Position numbers and translations under genes: made by a program
The notes under the pieces: model-generated
What the model was told of the DNA's origin: nothing
The model's database searches: none
What the model saw: only the letters and a program-made list of their open reading frames with translations
Part shown: positions 53,365 to 64,000 of the stretch, piece by piece
How positions within the stretch are numbered: position 1 is the first letter of the stretch
Layout: each line of letters begins with the position of its first letter
Assembly (NCBI GenBank): GCA_951406725.2
Contig: OX597816.1
Span: 71,982,001 to 72,046,000 of the forward strand
Reading direction: 5' to 3'
Length of the DNA: 64,000 nucleotides
Origin: Octopus vulgaris
Lineage: Eukaryota

Positions 53365-54644
53365 ATAAAGAATAGTGAGAATTTACAAAAAAGAAAACAA
53401 AAGACAAAGATGGGTGTGTAAACAACAAATAGATGTATTAGTTTAACGCTCGGGAAGTGAGAAAGTCTTTTACGTTTCGAGCCTACGCTCTTTGACAGAA
53501 AGGAACACAGAAATAAACAGGGAAAGAATATATATATAACTATATATATAGTGAGAATTTACGAAAAAACAAAAGACAAAGACAGGTGTGTAAACAACAA
53601 ACAGACGTATTAGTTTAACGCTCGGGAAGTGAGAAAGTCTTTTACATTTCGAGCCTGCACTCTTTGACAGAAAGGAACACAGAAAGAAACAGGGAGAGAA
53701 AATAAAAATGGTTTAGTGGCTAGCAATCAATCATGGCAAATGCTGGACAGAGGGGTCACAGAGGAGAGCTGAGAAGAAGGGGAGATGGCTTAAAGAACAC
53801 CCATTGTGTACAGGACATCACAAACGAGTGAAAAATATGTAAACATACAAGAGATAAGTACAGGACAAAATAGCGAAAAATACACGATAAGTACAGGACA
53901 TCACCAAGGAGTGAAAAATACGTAAACACATAACGAGAGTTGAGTAAGGGATAAAATACCAAAAGAAGTCTTAACTCCTCTTCAGTTGTCAACTGTTTAT
54001 TACTACCTGTTTTGTTCTTTCAACAAATATATGTATGTATGTTATGTGTATATATGTGTGTGTGTGTGTGTGTGTGTGAATATATATATATAATCAAAAT
54101 AAGCAACAAGTATATCCGAGGTAATGTGGTACGATCGTTTCATGCTACTTCATTTTATTAAACACTAAGCATTACATCAGTTTTAAAATGTCTTAAAATG
54201 TTCTTAAGGAGGAAATCAACCTCTCTGTCTGTATATCTACCCTCTTTATAATCTTGGCACATAAATTAGGGATAAGAATGTGCATTGTCTGATTGTTTGG
54301 AAAATTTCTAAAGGTGGCTGAAGATTGCTCGACATTTTAAAACTGATGTAATGCTTAGTGTTTAATAAAATGAAGTAGCATGAAACGATTGTACCACATT
54401 ACCTCAGATATACTTGTTGCTTATTTTGATTGTAATCACCCCATGGATTTATATGGATAATACCATACAAAATTCTGGTGCCTTTGACTTAAGTACCATA
54501 TTCATCTGAATCTAAATTTTGCTGAACTTTATATATATATATACACACACATACACACACACATACACACACACACACACACATACATGTGAGAGGAAAT
54601 CCACAATTTCCTACATGCATATTATATGTGTATTTATGTGCATG

Positions 54645-54678
<34 letters not shown>

Positions 54679-54904
54679 TATACAATCACACACATAAAAG
54701 AGGAAACCTTTTATGTCACAATTTCCTTTTCCATTTATCTCAAAAAATAATAGATTTTGAACCTAATTAAAAAGGCAAAAAATGGAATAGTTATTTTGAT
54801 ACTATTTAATTTAGTTTAATCCGGACGGATATACAATTTGAACTTCAATAAATCACGCTCAAAACACGTCTGATTGTATATGTCTGATTTTCTTCTCATT
54901 AAAG

Positions 54905-55086
54905 TGCGATGTGTCCAAAACAAAGCCAACTATTTTGCTCGTCAACTGATGAAATCGATGCAAGGTTTGGGCACGGATGATGACACTTTGGTCAGAGTTG
55001 TTACATCACGCTGTGAAATTGATATGGTGCAGATTAAGAAAGAATTCTTCAACCTCGCAAGCCAAAAACTGGAAGATTATATATCT
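54905..55086 (+). CDS. Coding exon 15: annexin repeat 4 RCVQNKANYFARQLMKSMQGLGTDDDTLVRVVTSRCEIDMVQIKKEFFNLASQKLEDYIS
   Basis: AAG acceptor after a pyrimidine tract, tct|gtaagt donor; 182 nt. Confidence 0.95.
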
Positions 55087-55089
55087 GTA

Positions 55090-55392
55090 AGTTCTCTTCG
55101 TCCTTCCTTTCCTCTCTTTTTTCTTCTTTCTCTATTCCTCTTTCTCTTTCCTTCCCTCTCCCTCTCCTTCCCATTTTCTCTCTGACTCTCCATTTCCTTC
55201 TCCTCCCTCTCCTTTTGTCCCCTTCTCTCCCTCCCTCCCTCCCTTTCTTTCTCTTTCCTTCCCTCCCCTCTCCCCTTCTCTCTCCTTTCTCCCCTTCTCT
55301 CTCTCCCTCTTTCTCTTTCCTCCCTTTCTCTCTCCCTTCTTTTTCTCCTCTTCTCTCTCTTTTCCTCTCTTTTTCCCTCTCTTTCTCTCTTA
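55090..55392 (+). repeat. ~300-bp polypyrimidine (CT-rich) tract directly after the exon 15 donor
   Basis: Almost purine-free on the + strand. Confidence 0.9.
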
Positions 55393-55623
55393 TTTTGCAA
55401 ATCATTTACATCACTTAATGTATAAAAAATATGTTCTTTAATCTTTTACTCATCTTAGTCATTAGAAAACCATGTGAGAGAACCATTTTGAAGGATTTAA
55501 TCAATCAAATTGAGCTCCGTACTTAATTTTTTTGTGAAACCAGGTACTTATTCTGTCAGTGTCTGCTTGCCAAACTGCTAAGTTATGGGCTTGTAAACTA
55601 TCCACCACCAGTTGTCAAATGGT

Positions 55624-55668
<45 letters not shown>

Positions 55669-57427
55669 GCACGACAATATATTCATATTCTCTCCCTTTC
55701 CAGAAGGGAAAACCATGAATTTACTTCTTAAACAAGACACCTGCTCCTGTCCCTCTGTTTTATGCATTTGGTGACCTTACTAGTGCTGGTGCCAGGAAAA
55801 AAGCACCCACCTTATACACTCTGTAAAGTGGTTGGCATTAAGAAGGTTGTCTAGCTGTAGAAACCATGTCAAAGCAGACACTGGGGCTCAGCATGGCCCT
55901 TCTGGCTCATTGATTTCTGTAGGAATGGAAAAAAAAACCCATTAAATATTGATGATGAGGAATCTATTTCGAAATGCCGCCTTGAGAACAAGAGGTTTTG
56001 GCAAAATATAAGTGACCAGATTAACCAAACAAGATGACCTGACAAAAGCATCAAGATCAGGAAGAATTAAAGGCGCAACTGATGGTTTCAAACAAGCAGG
56101 AAGTTAGCAGCATGACTACTCTGAAAAAGAAATTCTGTTAGTATTGAGATATCTCACAATTGACTTTTCATCTGATGATTGCCGTCCACGAAGTTTGAAG
56201 TAAGGAAAAAGTAGTTAACTACAGCAACACTGGTTCAATGCATTTCAACAAGAATGATAACATCAGTTGATTTGACCTTTAACAGCCTGCATCTGGTCAG
56301 TTACTATGGCTCTGATGACAGTTTCTTGAATTTTTCTTTCTATATACTGATAAACAAGTGCAGAAACTCTTGTCCAAGTAAGTGGTCTGCCGTTACATTC
56401 TGAGTTCAAATTCCGCTGAGGTCGATTTTACCTTTCATCCTTTCGGGGTCAATAAATTAAGTACCAGTTACGCACTGGGGTCGATGTAATTAACTTAATT
56501 TGTTTGTCCCCTCTATATTTAGCCCCTTGTGGGTAATAAAGAAACATATTAAAGATCAAATCAACTGATGTTATCATTCTTGTTGAAATGCATTGAACCA
56601 GTGTTGCTGGAGTTAACTACTTTTCCATTACTTCAAACTTCATGGACGGCAATCATCAGATGAAATATCATGAGGTATCTTGACATGGGACATTGAGAGG
56701 ACATGCCCAGATATGGATGTACAACATATTTTAAACTGAGGTGGCTGCATTTCACTTGCCTGCTCTTTAGAGAATCAATTTACTGCAGCAATCTGTTGTT
56801 TGGGTCATAACTTGACTTGATTTGAGACAGCATTCACCCGGGGTGGGTTGAGCTGGCTTCATTCATCCTCAATGCTGCATCTCTCACAAATGCTGACCAG
56901 GCCTGGCGATTTGTGGCTAACGACCGCATGATCTCCAACCACTCCTTATTCCAGCGGCGAACGCCGTAGATATGGGGGTCTAGGTTTGGGTCATAAACTG
57001 TTTATAGTGAGATGCATTTTTTGTTCATCTTCATCACAGTTAACAACAATGTCTCTTAGAGTTTTCTTCTATACTGCTGTTGCTAGTTCAAATCCAGATG
57101 ATTGGGACCATGTCATACATGTCTAAGAATAATATACTTAATGTCAATGAATGATTAAATCAATCAAAAGTTAAAGATATACTGTCTATAAATGAGGTTC
57201 TTAGTAAGTCAAATATCTTGAAATCCTTCAGCTTTTTATTTATTTATATATAATGTGTGCTGTATGTGTGTGTGTGTGTATATATATGTATAGAGAGAAA
57301 GAGAGAGAGGTGTATGTACTAAAGGATCATGCCTGCATCTCTTGTTTTGCAGTAGAATTGATTTTTCCTATTGGAAATTCCGTTTTATTTCGCATGTCAT
57401 ATTGATATTTTGTTATTTATTTTACAG

Positions 57428-57506
57428 GGTGATATCTCAGGAGATTACCTAAAGATAATTTTAGCCTTAGTCTCTGGTGGAAAACCTCCTGATTTAAATG
57501 TCATGG
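57428..57506 (+). CDS. Coding exon 16: end of first annexin core GDISGDYLKIILALVSGGKPPDLNVM(G); GC donor (read-through stops at TAA 57539-57541)
   Basis: ttacag acceptor; GDxSGDY motif; TGG|GCAAGT gives the phase 1 needed by exon 17. Confidence 0.85.
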
Positions 57507-57769
57507 GCAAGTTACCATATGGCTTTTTCCTTTATTTATAATTAATTTTCTTTTGTTACACACATATATACATGTATATCTTAAAATATTCTATTTTCCA
57601 TCTGGACTTCCTTGCAGTTGTGTGTAGTGGATGTGCAGAAATTCAAATGCTATTATTTACTGTTACTACTGTTTACTGCAAATGCCAAGTGTTTAAGCAA
57701 TATCAAACAGCTGTTGTGAAAGTAGTGATTTCTAGAAAGAGTATGCAGTGAAAACTTTTAAAATACTGC

Positions 57770-58420
57770 TCACCTTTTCCTTCTTTGGTCACTAAACTCT
57801 GCTTGCAAAGACCTGTTGAGGCAAGTGAAATCACAATCAAAATCAAATTCGACGACTGGCATCTGTGCTAGCGGGGTGCAAAGAGCACCATAGAGCATCA
57901 TATGAGGGTGATCGTTGACGGAGCGGCTAACTGGCTTCCGTGCCAGTGGCACATAAAAGGGCACCATTCGAGTGTGACCGTTACTAGCGTCGCCTTACTG
58001 GCACTTGTTCTCGTGCTAGTAGGGTGCCAAGAGCACCATCCAAGCGTGATCGTTGCCAGAGCAGCCAACTGGCTCCATGCTGGTGACACGTAAAAGGGCA
58101 CCATTCGAGTGTGATCATTACCAGCATCGCCTTTCTGGCACCTGTGCCGGTGGCATGTGTAAAAAGATTCGAGCGAGGTCATTGCCAGTACCGCCTGACT
58201 GGCCCCGTGCTGGTGACATGTAAAAAGCACCCACTACACACTCGGAGTGATTGGCGTTAGGAAGGGCATCCAGCTGTAGAAGCTCTGCCAGATCAAGATT
58301 GGAGCCTGGTGCGGCCGTCTGGTTTGCCAGCCCTCCGTCAAAATCGTCCAACCCATGCTAGCAAAATCGTCCAACCCATGCTAGCATGGAAGGCAGACGT
58401 TAAACGATGATGATGATGAT
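57770..58420 (+). mobile_element. SINE family C with internal tandem subrepeats and (GAT)n tail
   Basis: ...ggcgttaggaagggcatccagctgtaga...ccaacccatgctagcatggaa..gacgttaaacgatgatgat. Other copies near 14564-, 27453+, 28018-, 32721-, 33230+, 34582-, 37250-. Confidence 0.85.
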
Positions 58421-59414
58421 CAACTGCTTCTTATCAATCATCCTCATGATTCAAAATACACTGACAATTTACTTTTGCTTATTCCAGTGTAATAGGATTA
58501 CTTTACAAAATGTATGCAAAGGAATATAGAAGACAAATTCAGTGACTTTGGACATTTTTTGCCATATGTTTAAACAAAATTTATATAACTTTATATCTCA
58601 GATTTTAGTTGTATTTACCTTGTACTTAAAGTAGTTTTGAGACAAAAATTCCTCCATGCATTTATATGAATAATCTATTTCTTTATTACCCACAGGGGGC
58701 TAAACATAGAGGGGACAAACAAGGACAGACATGGGGATTAAGTCGATTACATTGACCCCAGTGATTAACTGGTACTTATTTAATCGACCCCGAAAGGATG
58801 AAAGGCAAAGTCGACCTCGGCGGAATTTGAACTTACAACGTAACGGCAGATGAAATATTGCTAGGCATTTCACCCCAGGCATGCTAACGTTTCTGCCAGC
58901 TCGCCGCCTTATTTATATGAGTAATCTGTTAGTAAAAGGGTAAAGACCAAATTCTACATAGCAGAATCTCTACCAAAATCAGCTTAAAATGAGCATTCCT
59001 ATTACTTTACAAATTATATGATCTCATGACTATCTCAAAGAATTCTTGGCTAAAGCATTTAACCTCCCCCACTTATAGTAAAATAATAAAACTCTTCTAG
59101 CACACATCCTATTTCATGTCAGAATCACCAACTGAAATAATACCTCTATTGAATTCTAAAGCTTGTTTTAAGTGGATAGAATTACAAAACACTGAACTGT
59201 GTAAATTTACAAAGACAATGATGGACTATTTATTTTGTGAGGTATAAAGAGTCACAAAACAGTCTAACCATTCTGCCAATACATCACATGAAGTTTACAA
59301 ACACTGTCTTATGCTCTGTGTGTGTGTGTGTCACAATACTATTTTCCATTGAGTACTCTTTTTGTGTCTTTGTGTGTGTACTTTTATCATGTCTATATTA
59401 TAAAACCACTTCAG

Positions 59415-59500
59415 GAGGAAAGGCTCTGGTGCAGTCAGTTAAGAATAAAAGTGTAAAGCAATTAGATAAAGAAGTGAAAATGGAATCCGAAGATGTACAG
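59415..59500 (+). CDS. Coding exon 17: inter-core linker (G)GKALVQSVKNKSVKQLDKEVKMESEDVQ
   Basis: cttcag acceptor, cag|gttagt donor, phase 1 to 0; C-terminal MESEDVQ resembles MEVEDIE preceding core 1. Confidence 0.78.
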
Positions 59501-60969
59501 GTTAGTATAGATTTATTGAACTTCTTATAACAGTACAGCATTTCATCGGTCATTACATTACAGCCCACAGTCAATAACATACAGTATTTTCTTAACCAGT
59601 ACGATGTTCTCTATAACTTTTACTCTTTAACTTGTTTCACTCATTTGACTGCAGCCATGCTGGAGCACCACCTTTAGTCGAACAAATCGACCCTAGGACT
59701 TATTCTTTGTAAGCCTAGTACTAATTCTATCAGTCTCTTTTGCTGAATCGCTAAGTTACGGGGACATAAACACACCAGCATCGGTTATCAAGCGATGTTG
59801 GGGGGGGGGGGTGGACAAACACAAACACACATATATATATATATACACGTATATACACGGGCTTCTTTCAGTTTCCGTCTACCAAATCTACTCTCACTAG
59901 GCTTCGGTCAGCCCGAGGCTATAGTAGAAGACACTTGCTCGAGGTGCCACACAGTGGGACTGAACCTGTAACCATGTGGTTCGTAAGCAAGGTACTTACC
60001 ACACAGCCACTCCTGTGCCTATTGTACAGAACACTTCAATATTTTATTGTCAACTTGATATTCTTCCTCAGCAATTAAAAAAGCTGTGAAGTTATAACAG
60101 GATTGCTGAGCCATTGAAGGCACGTGGCTTAGTGGTTAGGGTACTCACCTTATGTTCGTAAGGTCATGAGTTCGATTCCTGGTGGCATATTGTGTCCTTG
60201 AGCAAGACACTTTATTTCACATTGCTCCAGTCAACCCAGCTGGTAAAAAAGGAGTAGCAACGGTATTTCAAAGAGCCAACCCTGGTCACATCCTGTGTCA
60301 CACTGAATCTCTCTGAGAACCACATGTCTGTGGAGTGCTCAGCCACTTGCATGTTAATTTCACAAGCAAGCTGCTCCACTGATTGGATCAACAGGTGGGG
60401 GACAAATACATACACAAACACACACACAAACATATAAATATACACAACAGGCTTCTTTCAGTTTCTGTCTACCAAATCCACTCGCAAGGCTTTGGTTGGT
60501 CTGAGGATTTTAGTAGAAGACACTTGCCCAAGGTGCCACACAGTGGGACTGAACCCATCATAACCAACAGAGTGCCAGTTATTTTGCTAAATTCTTTATT
60601 ATTTTCAAAATTGATTGAAACAAAGTTAGTGTAGGTCAACATCAATATGGTAGGTGTGGCTGCATGGTAAGAAGTTTGCTTCCCAACCACACGGTTCTGG
60701 GTTCAGTCCCACTGCATGGCATCTTGGGCAAGTGTCTTCTACTATAGCCTCAGACCAACGAAAGCCTTGTGAGTGGATTTGGTAGACAGAAACTGAAAGA
60801 AGCTTGTCTTGTATATTTATATGTTTGTGTATGTGTTTGTCCCCCACTATCACTTGACAACCGGTGTGTTTACATCCCTGTAACTTAGCAGTTCAGCAAA
60901 ACAGACTGATACCAGATTTTACAAAAAAAAAGACAAATTTAAAAAATAAATACTGGGGTAAATTCCTTC

Positions 60970-62450
60970 AATTAAAATAATATTCATTTTATTTAGCCTC
61001 TAAAATACTTAATATTTTCACGATTTAAAATGCAAAATAACAATATTCGTTTTATTTAACCTCTAAAACGGTTAATATTTTCTCAATTAAAATGCAAAAT
61101 AACAATATTCGTTTTATTTAACCTCTAAAATACTTAATATTTTCATGATTTAAAATGCAAAATAACAATATTCGTTTTATTTAGCCTCTAAAATACTTAA
61201 TATTTTCTCAATTAAAATGCAAAATAACAATATTTGTTTTATTTAACCTCTAAAATACTTAATATTTTCTCAATTAAAATGCAAAATAACAATATTCGTT
61301 TTATTTAACCTCTAAAATACTTAATATTTTCATGATTTAAAATGCAAAATAACAATATTCGTTTTATTTAGCCTCTAAAATACTTAATATTTTTTCAATT
61401 AAAATGCAAAATAACAATATTTGTTTTATTTAACCTCTAAAATACTTAATATTTTCTCAATTAAAATGCAAAATAATATTCATTTTATTTAACCTCTAAA
61501 ACGCTTAATATTTTCTCAATTAAAATGCAAAATAACAATATTCGTTTTATTTAACCTCTAAAACGCTTAATATTTTCTCAATTAAAAGGCAAAATAACAA
61601 TATTCATTTTATTTAACCTCTAAAATACTTAATATTTTCTCAATTAAAATGCAAAATAACATTATTCGTTTTATTTAACCTCTAAAATACTTAATATTTT
61701 CTCAATTTAAAATGCAAAATAATATTCATTTTATTTAGCCTCTAAAATACTTAATATTTTCTCAAGTAAAATACAAAATAATATTTGTTTTATTTAACCT
61801 CTAAAATACTTAATATTTTCTTAAGCAAAATAATATTTGTTTTATTTAGCCTCTAAAATACTTAATATTTTCTCAATTAAAATGCAAAATAATATTTGTT
61901 TTATTTAACCTCTAAAATACTTAATATTTTCTTAAGCAAAATAATATTCGTTTTATTTAGCCTCTAAAATACTTAATATTTTCTCAAGTAAAATGCAAAA
62001 TAATATTCATTTTATTTAGCCTCTAAAATACTTAATATTTTCTCAATTAAAATGCAAAATAATATTCATTTTATTTAGCCTCTAAAATACTTAATATTTT
62101 CTCAAGTAAAATGCAAAATAATATTTGTTTTATTTAACTTCTAAAATACTTAATATTTTCTCAATTAAAATGCAAAATAATATTTGTTTTATTTAGCCTC
62201 TAAAATACTTAATATTTTCTCAATTAAATGCTAAATAACAATATTCATTTTATTTAACCTCTAAAATACTTAATATTTTCTCAAGTAAAATGCAAAATAA
62301 TATTTGTTTTATTTAACTTCTAAAATACTTAATATTTTCTCAATTAAAATGCAAAATAATATTTGTTTTATTTAGCCTCTAAAATACTTAATATTTTCAC
62401 GATTTAAAATGCAAAATAACAATATTTGTTTTATTTAACCTCTAAAATAC
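60970..62450. repeat. AT-rich minisatellite, mostly 59-63-bp units (aaaatgcaaaataacaatattcgttttatttaacctctaaaatacttaatattttctcaatt), ~24 copies
   Basis: Directly visible; ends ~13 nt before the exon 18 acceptor. Confidence 0.95.
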
Positions 62451-62463
62451 TCTTATATTCCAG

Positions 62464-62545
62464 GAAGATCCTACAGTGTTTCCTTATAATCCATTTGACC
62501 CTGAAAGTGATGCAAAAATACTACAGAAAGCTATGAAGGGCTTTG
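62464..62545 (+). CDS. Coding exon 18: start of second annexin core EDPTVFPYNPFDPESDAKILQKAMKGF(G)
   Basis: ttccag / ttg|gtaagc; PTV.P..PFDP..DA..L.KAMKGFG is the classic first-repeat motif; same phases (0/1) as exon 10. Confidence 0.93.
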
Positions 62546-63490
62546 GTAAGCACTTAATGAACTTTATAACTTAAATGAATCTGTTTCCATAATGACAAGT
62601 ATTGGGTTCTTTTACTTGGAATAGGGCAGGATTTTTTTTTATTAGATGGAGGTCAGTTTTTGACAAGGTGCACACATACAATTGTTTCAATGTACAGGAG
62701 AGTGTTCAAATAGGCTGAGGGAAACCAAGCAAGGATTCGTAACAGGAAGGGATTCTGACCATAGAATATTGCCTCAATAACATCTCATCTCATACATTTC
62801 ATCAGAGAAGATGTGGATATAAAAACAAGAATTCTGTTTTCTATCATTTAGTTCCTTTGCTTAACCTTAGTTCTTTAAAATAGCGATTTCTTAGAATTAC
62901 TGTATTTTGATGTGTATAAGAAACCCTTTTTTGTCAAAATTTAGGTTAAAAAAATTTGGGAGTTTCTCATACATGGATAGTATTATAATCCTGTGCAAAA
63001 CCTTTTTTCCAAATTTTAAACACCCCAAAATTAAGTAAAAATACAGTATATCAACTGTGATACTTGTTGGTTTATTTGTGTCCTCATAACTTAGCAGTTT
63101 GGCTTCATTAAACCCCTCAAGGTGGTGCCCCAGCATGGTAGCAGTGTAAAGACTGAAATAAATAAAAGTCAAAATGTAAAAGATATACCCTCACCACCAC
63201 CACTGAAGATGTACGACAAAGAGAATTTCAGCAGGATTTGAATTCAGAGGCTTAATAACTAAATATTGTTTTTTGACTTAAAATATTGTTATGGAGGCAA
63301 GAAAAAGTAAACGAACAGAAAACATTATGCCCCTTGTTCCCCTTTGTTGGAATTGAACCGGCGCTCCAGTTGTTTAGGACAAAGGAAATACCATTGTCCT
63401 GTCAAAGACCACGATTATTAATGGTCCTAGGCATTGATCTATAGTCCCCACATAGTCACGGAAAGTTAAAAAAAAAAAAATGCTACCCGT

Positions 63491-63526
63491 TATAAATACG
63501 GCTAGCATTAAGTTAGTTAGTCAGTT
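63491..63526 (+). promoter_or_regulatory. Candidate core promoter: TATAAATA with TCAGTT initiator ~30 nt downstream
   Basis: TATA at 63491, Inr at 63521-63526, followed by a GC-richer purine-rich segment. Confidence 0.35.
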
Positions 63527-64000
63527 GGTAAGGAGCAGTCAGCGAGAAACCGTGAGAGGGTTGTGTGAGCGGAGTGGACAAGGGAGTGAGTTCGAGATGG
63601 TGGAGTCGGCGAGAGGCAGCAACAAAGATGACAGGCGTGGTCTAGAGAGAGACACAGTGAGTGTGAGAGAGAGAGGTAGTAAGGAAGATGACAGTGAAGG
63701 GGCAGAGAGAGACATAAAGAAGCCGGACTGTTATAGTGGAAGTTTTGTGATGTCAGGGGGTGTTGCAGGCGAGGAATATGCGGTAATGTTTTATTTGTGT
63801 TTTGAATTTCGATGTTTAAATGATTGAAAAAGAAAGAGAAAGAAAAAAAAGCGTGTTGTGGGCTGTTTTCAAAAGAAAAGAAAAGGAAGAAAAGAAAAAA
63901 GAACCTGGAAATGTTTTTGTTTTAAAAAGCAGACGGAACTTTGTGAACTGTTGTGTTAAAAAGAAAAGGGGGAGGAGAGTAGAGCTATAAGAGACTGCTG

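Larger units (their letters stand above)
12894..62545 (+). other. Multi-exon gene model (3' incomplete): DZANK1-like N-terminal region fused to a multi-tetrad annexin; 18 coding exons, ~870 aa in window
   Basis: Every consecutive junction is phase-compatible (1,2,0,1,0,1,0,1,0,1,0,0,1,1,0,1,0; last exon ends phase 1), with AG acceptors and GT or GC donors and no in-frame stop. Exon sum is 2611 nt using the most distal donor of exon 9. Confidence 0.85.

Noticed and set aside
55049-55418. Arg/Glu-rich and Ser/Pro/Leu-rich ORFs
   Set aside because: Translation of a CT/AG low-complexity tract.

Overview
AT-rich, microsatellite- and SINE-dense animal DNA. The repeat families look like those of octopus (coleoid cephalopod); this taxon call is inferred from recalled repeat sequences. 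One large + strand multi-exon gene dominates the window. Manual splicing gives 18 phase-compatible coding exons (12903-62545, ~870 aa, continuing past the window end), most of which the ORF track misses. The first ~490 aa resemble DZANK1: an Fn3-associated/CHB_HEX_C-like 'IYFTTDGTKP' domain and the conserved block that precedes the ankyrins, but with no double zinc ribbons or ankyrin repeats. This part is spliced in frame to a complete four-repeat annexin core, then a linker and the start of a second annexin core. The result is a DZANK1-annexin chimera with more than four annexin repeats. The model needs two GC-AG introns and includes one exon with three in-frame 5' splice sites. The introns hold an ~494-bp tandem array ending in a fold-back, an ~60-bp minisatellite abutting an acceptor, many short fold-back elements (several with minimal hammerhead-like motifs, Penelope-related), and Tc1/mariner, hAT, piggyBac-like, Helitron, LINE, gypsy and SINE remnants. 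All homology calls come from recalled motifs, not from database searches.
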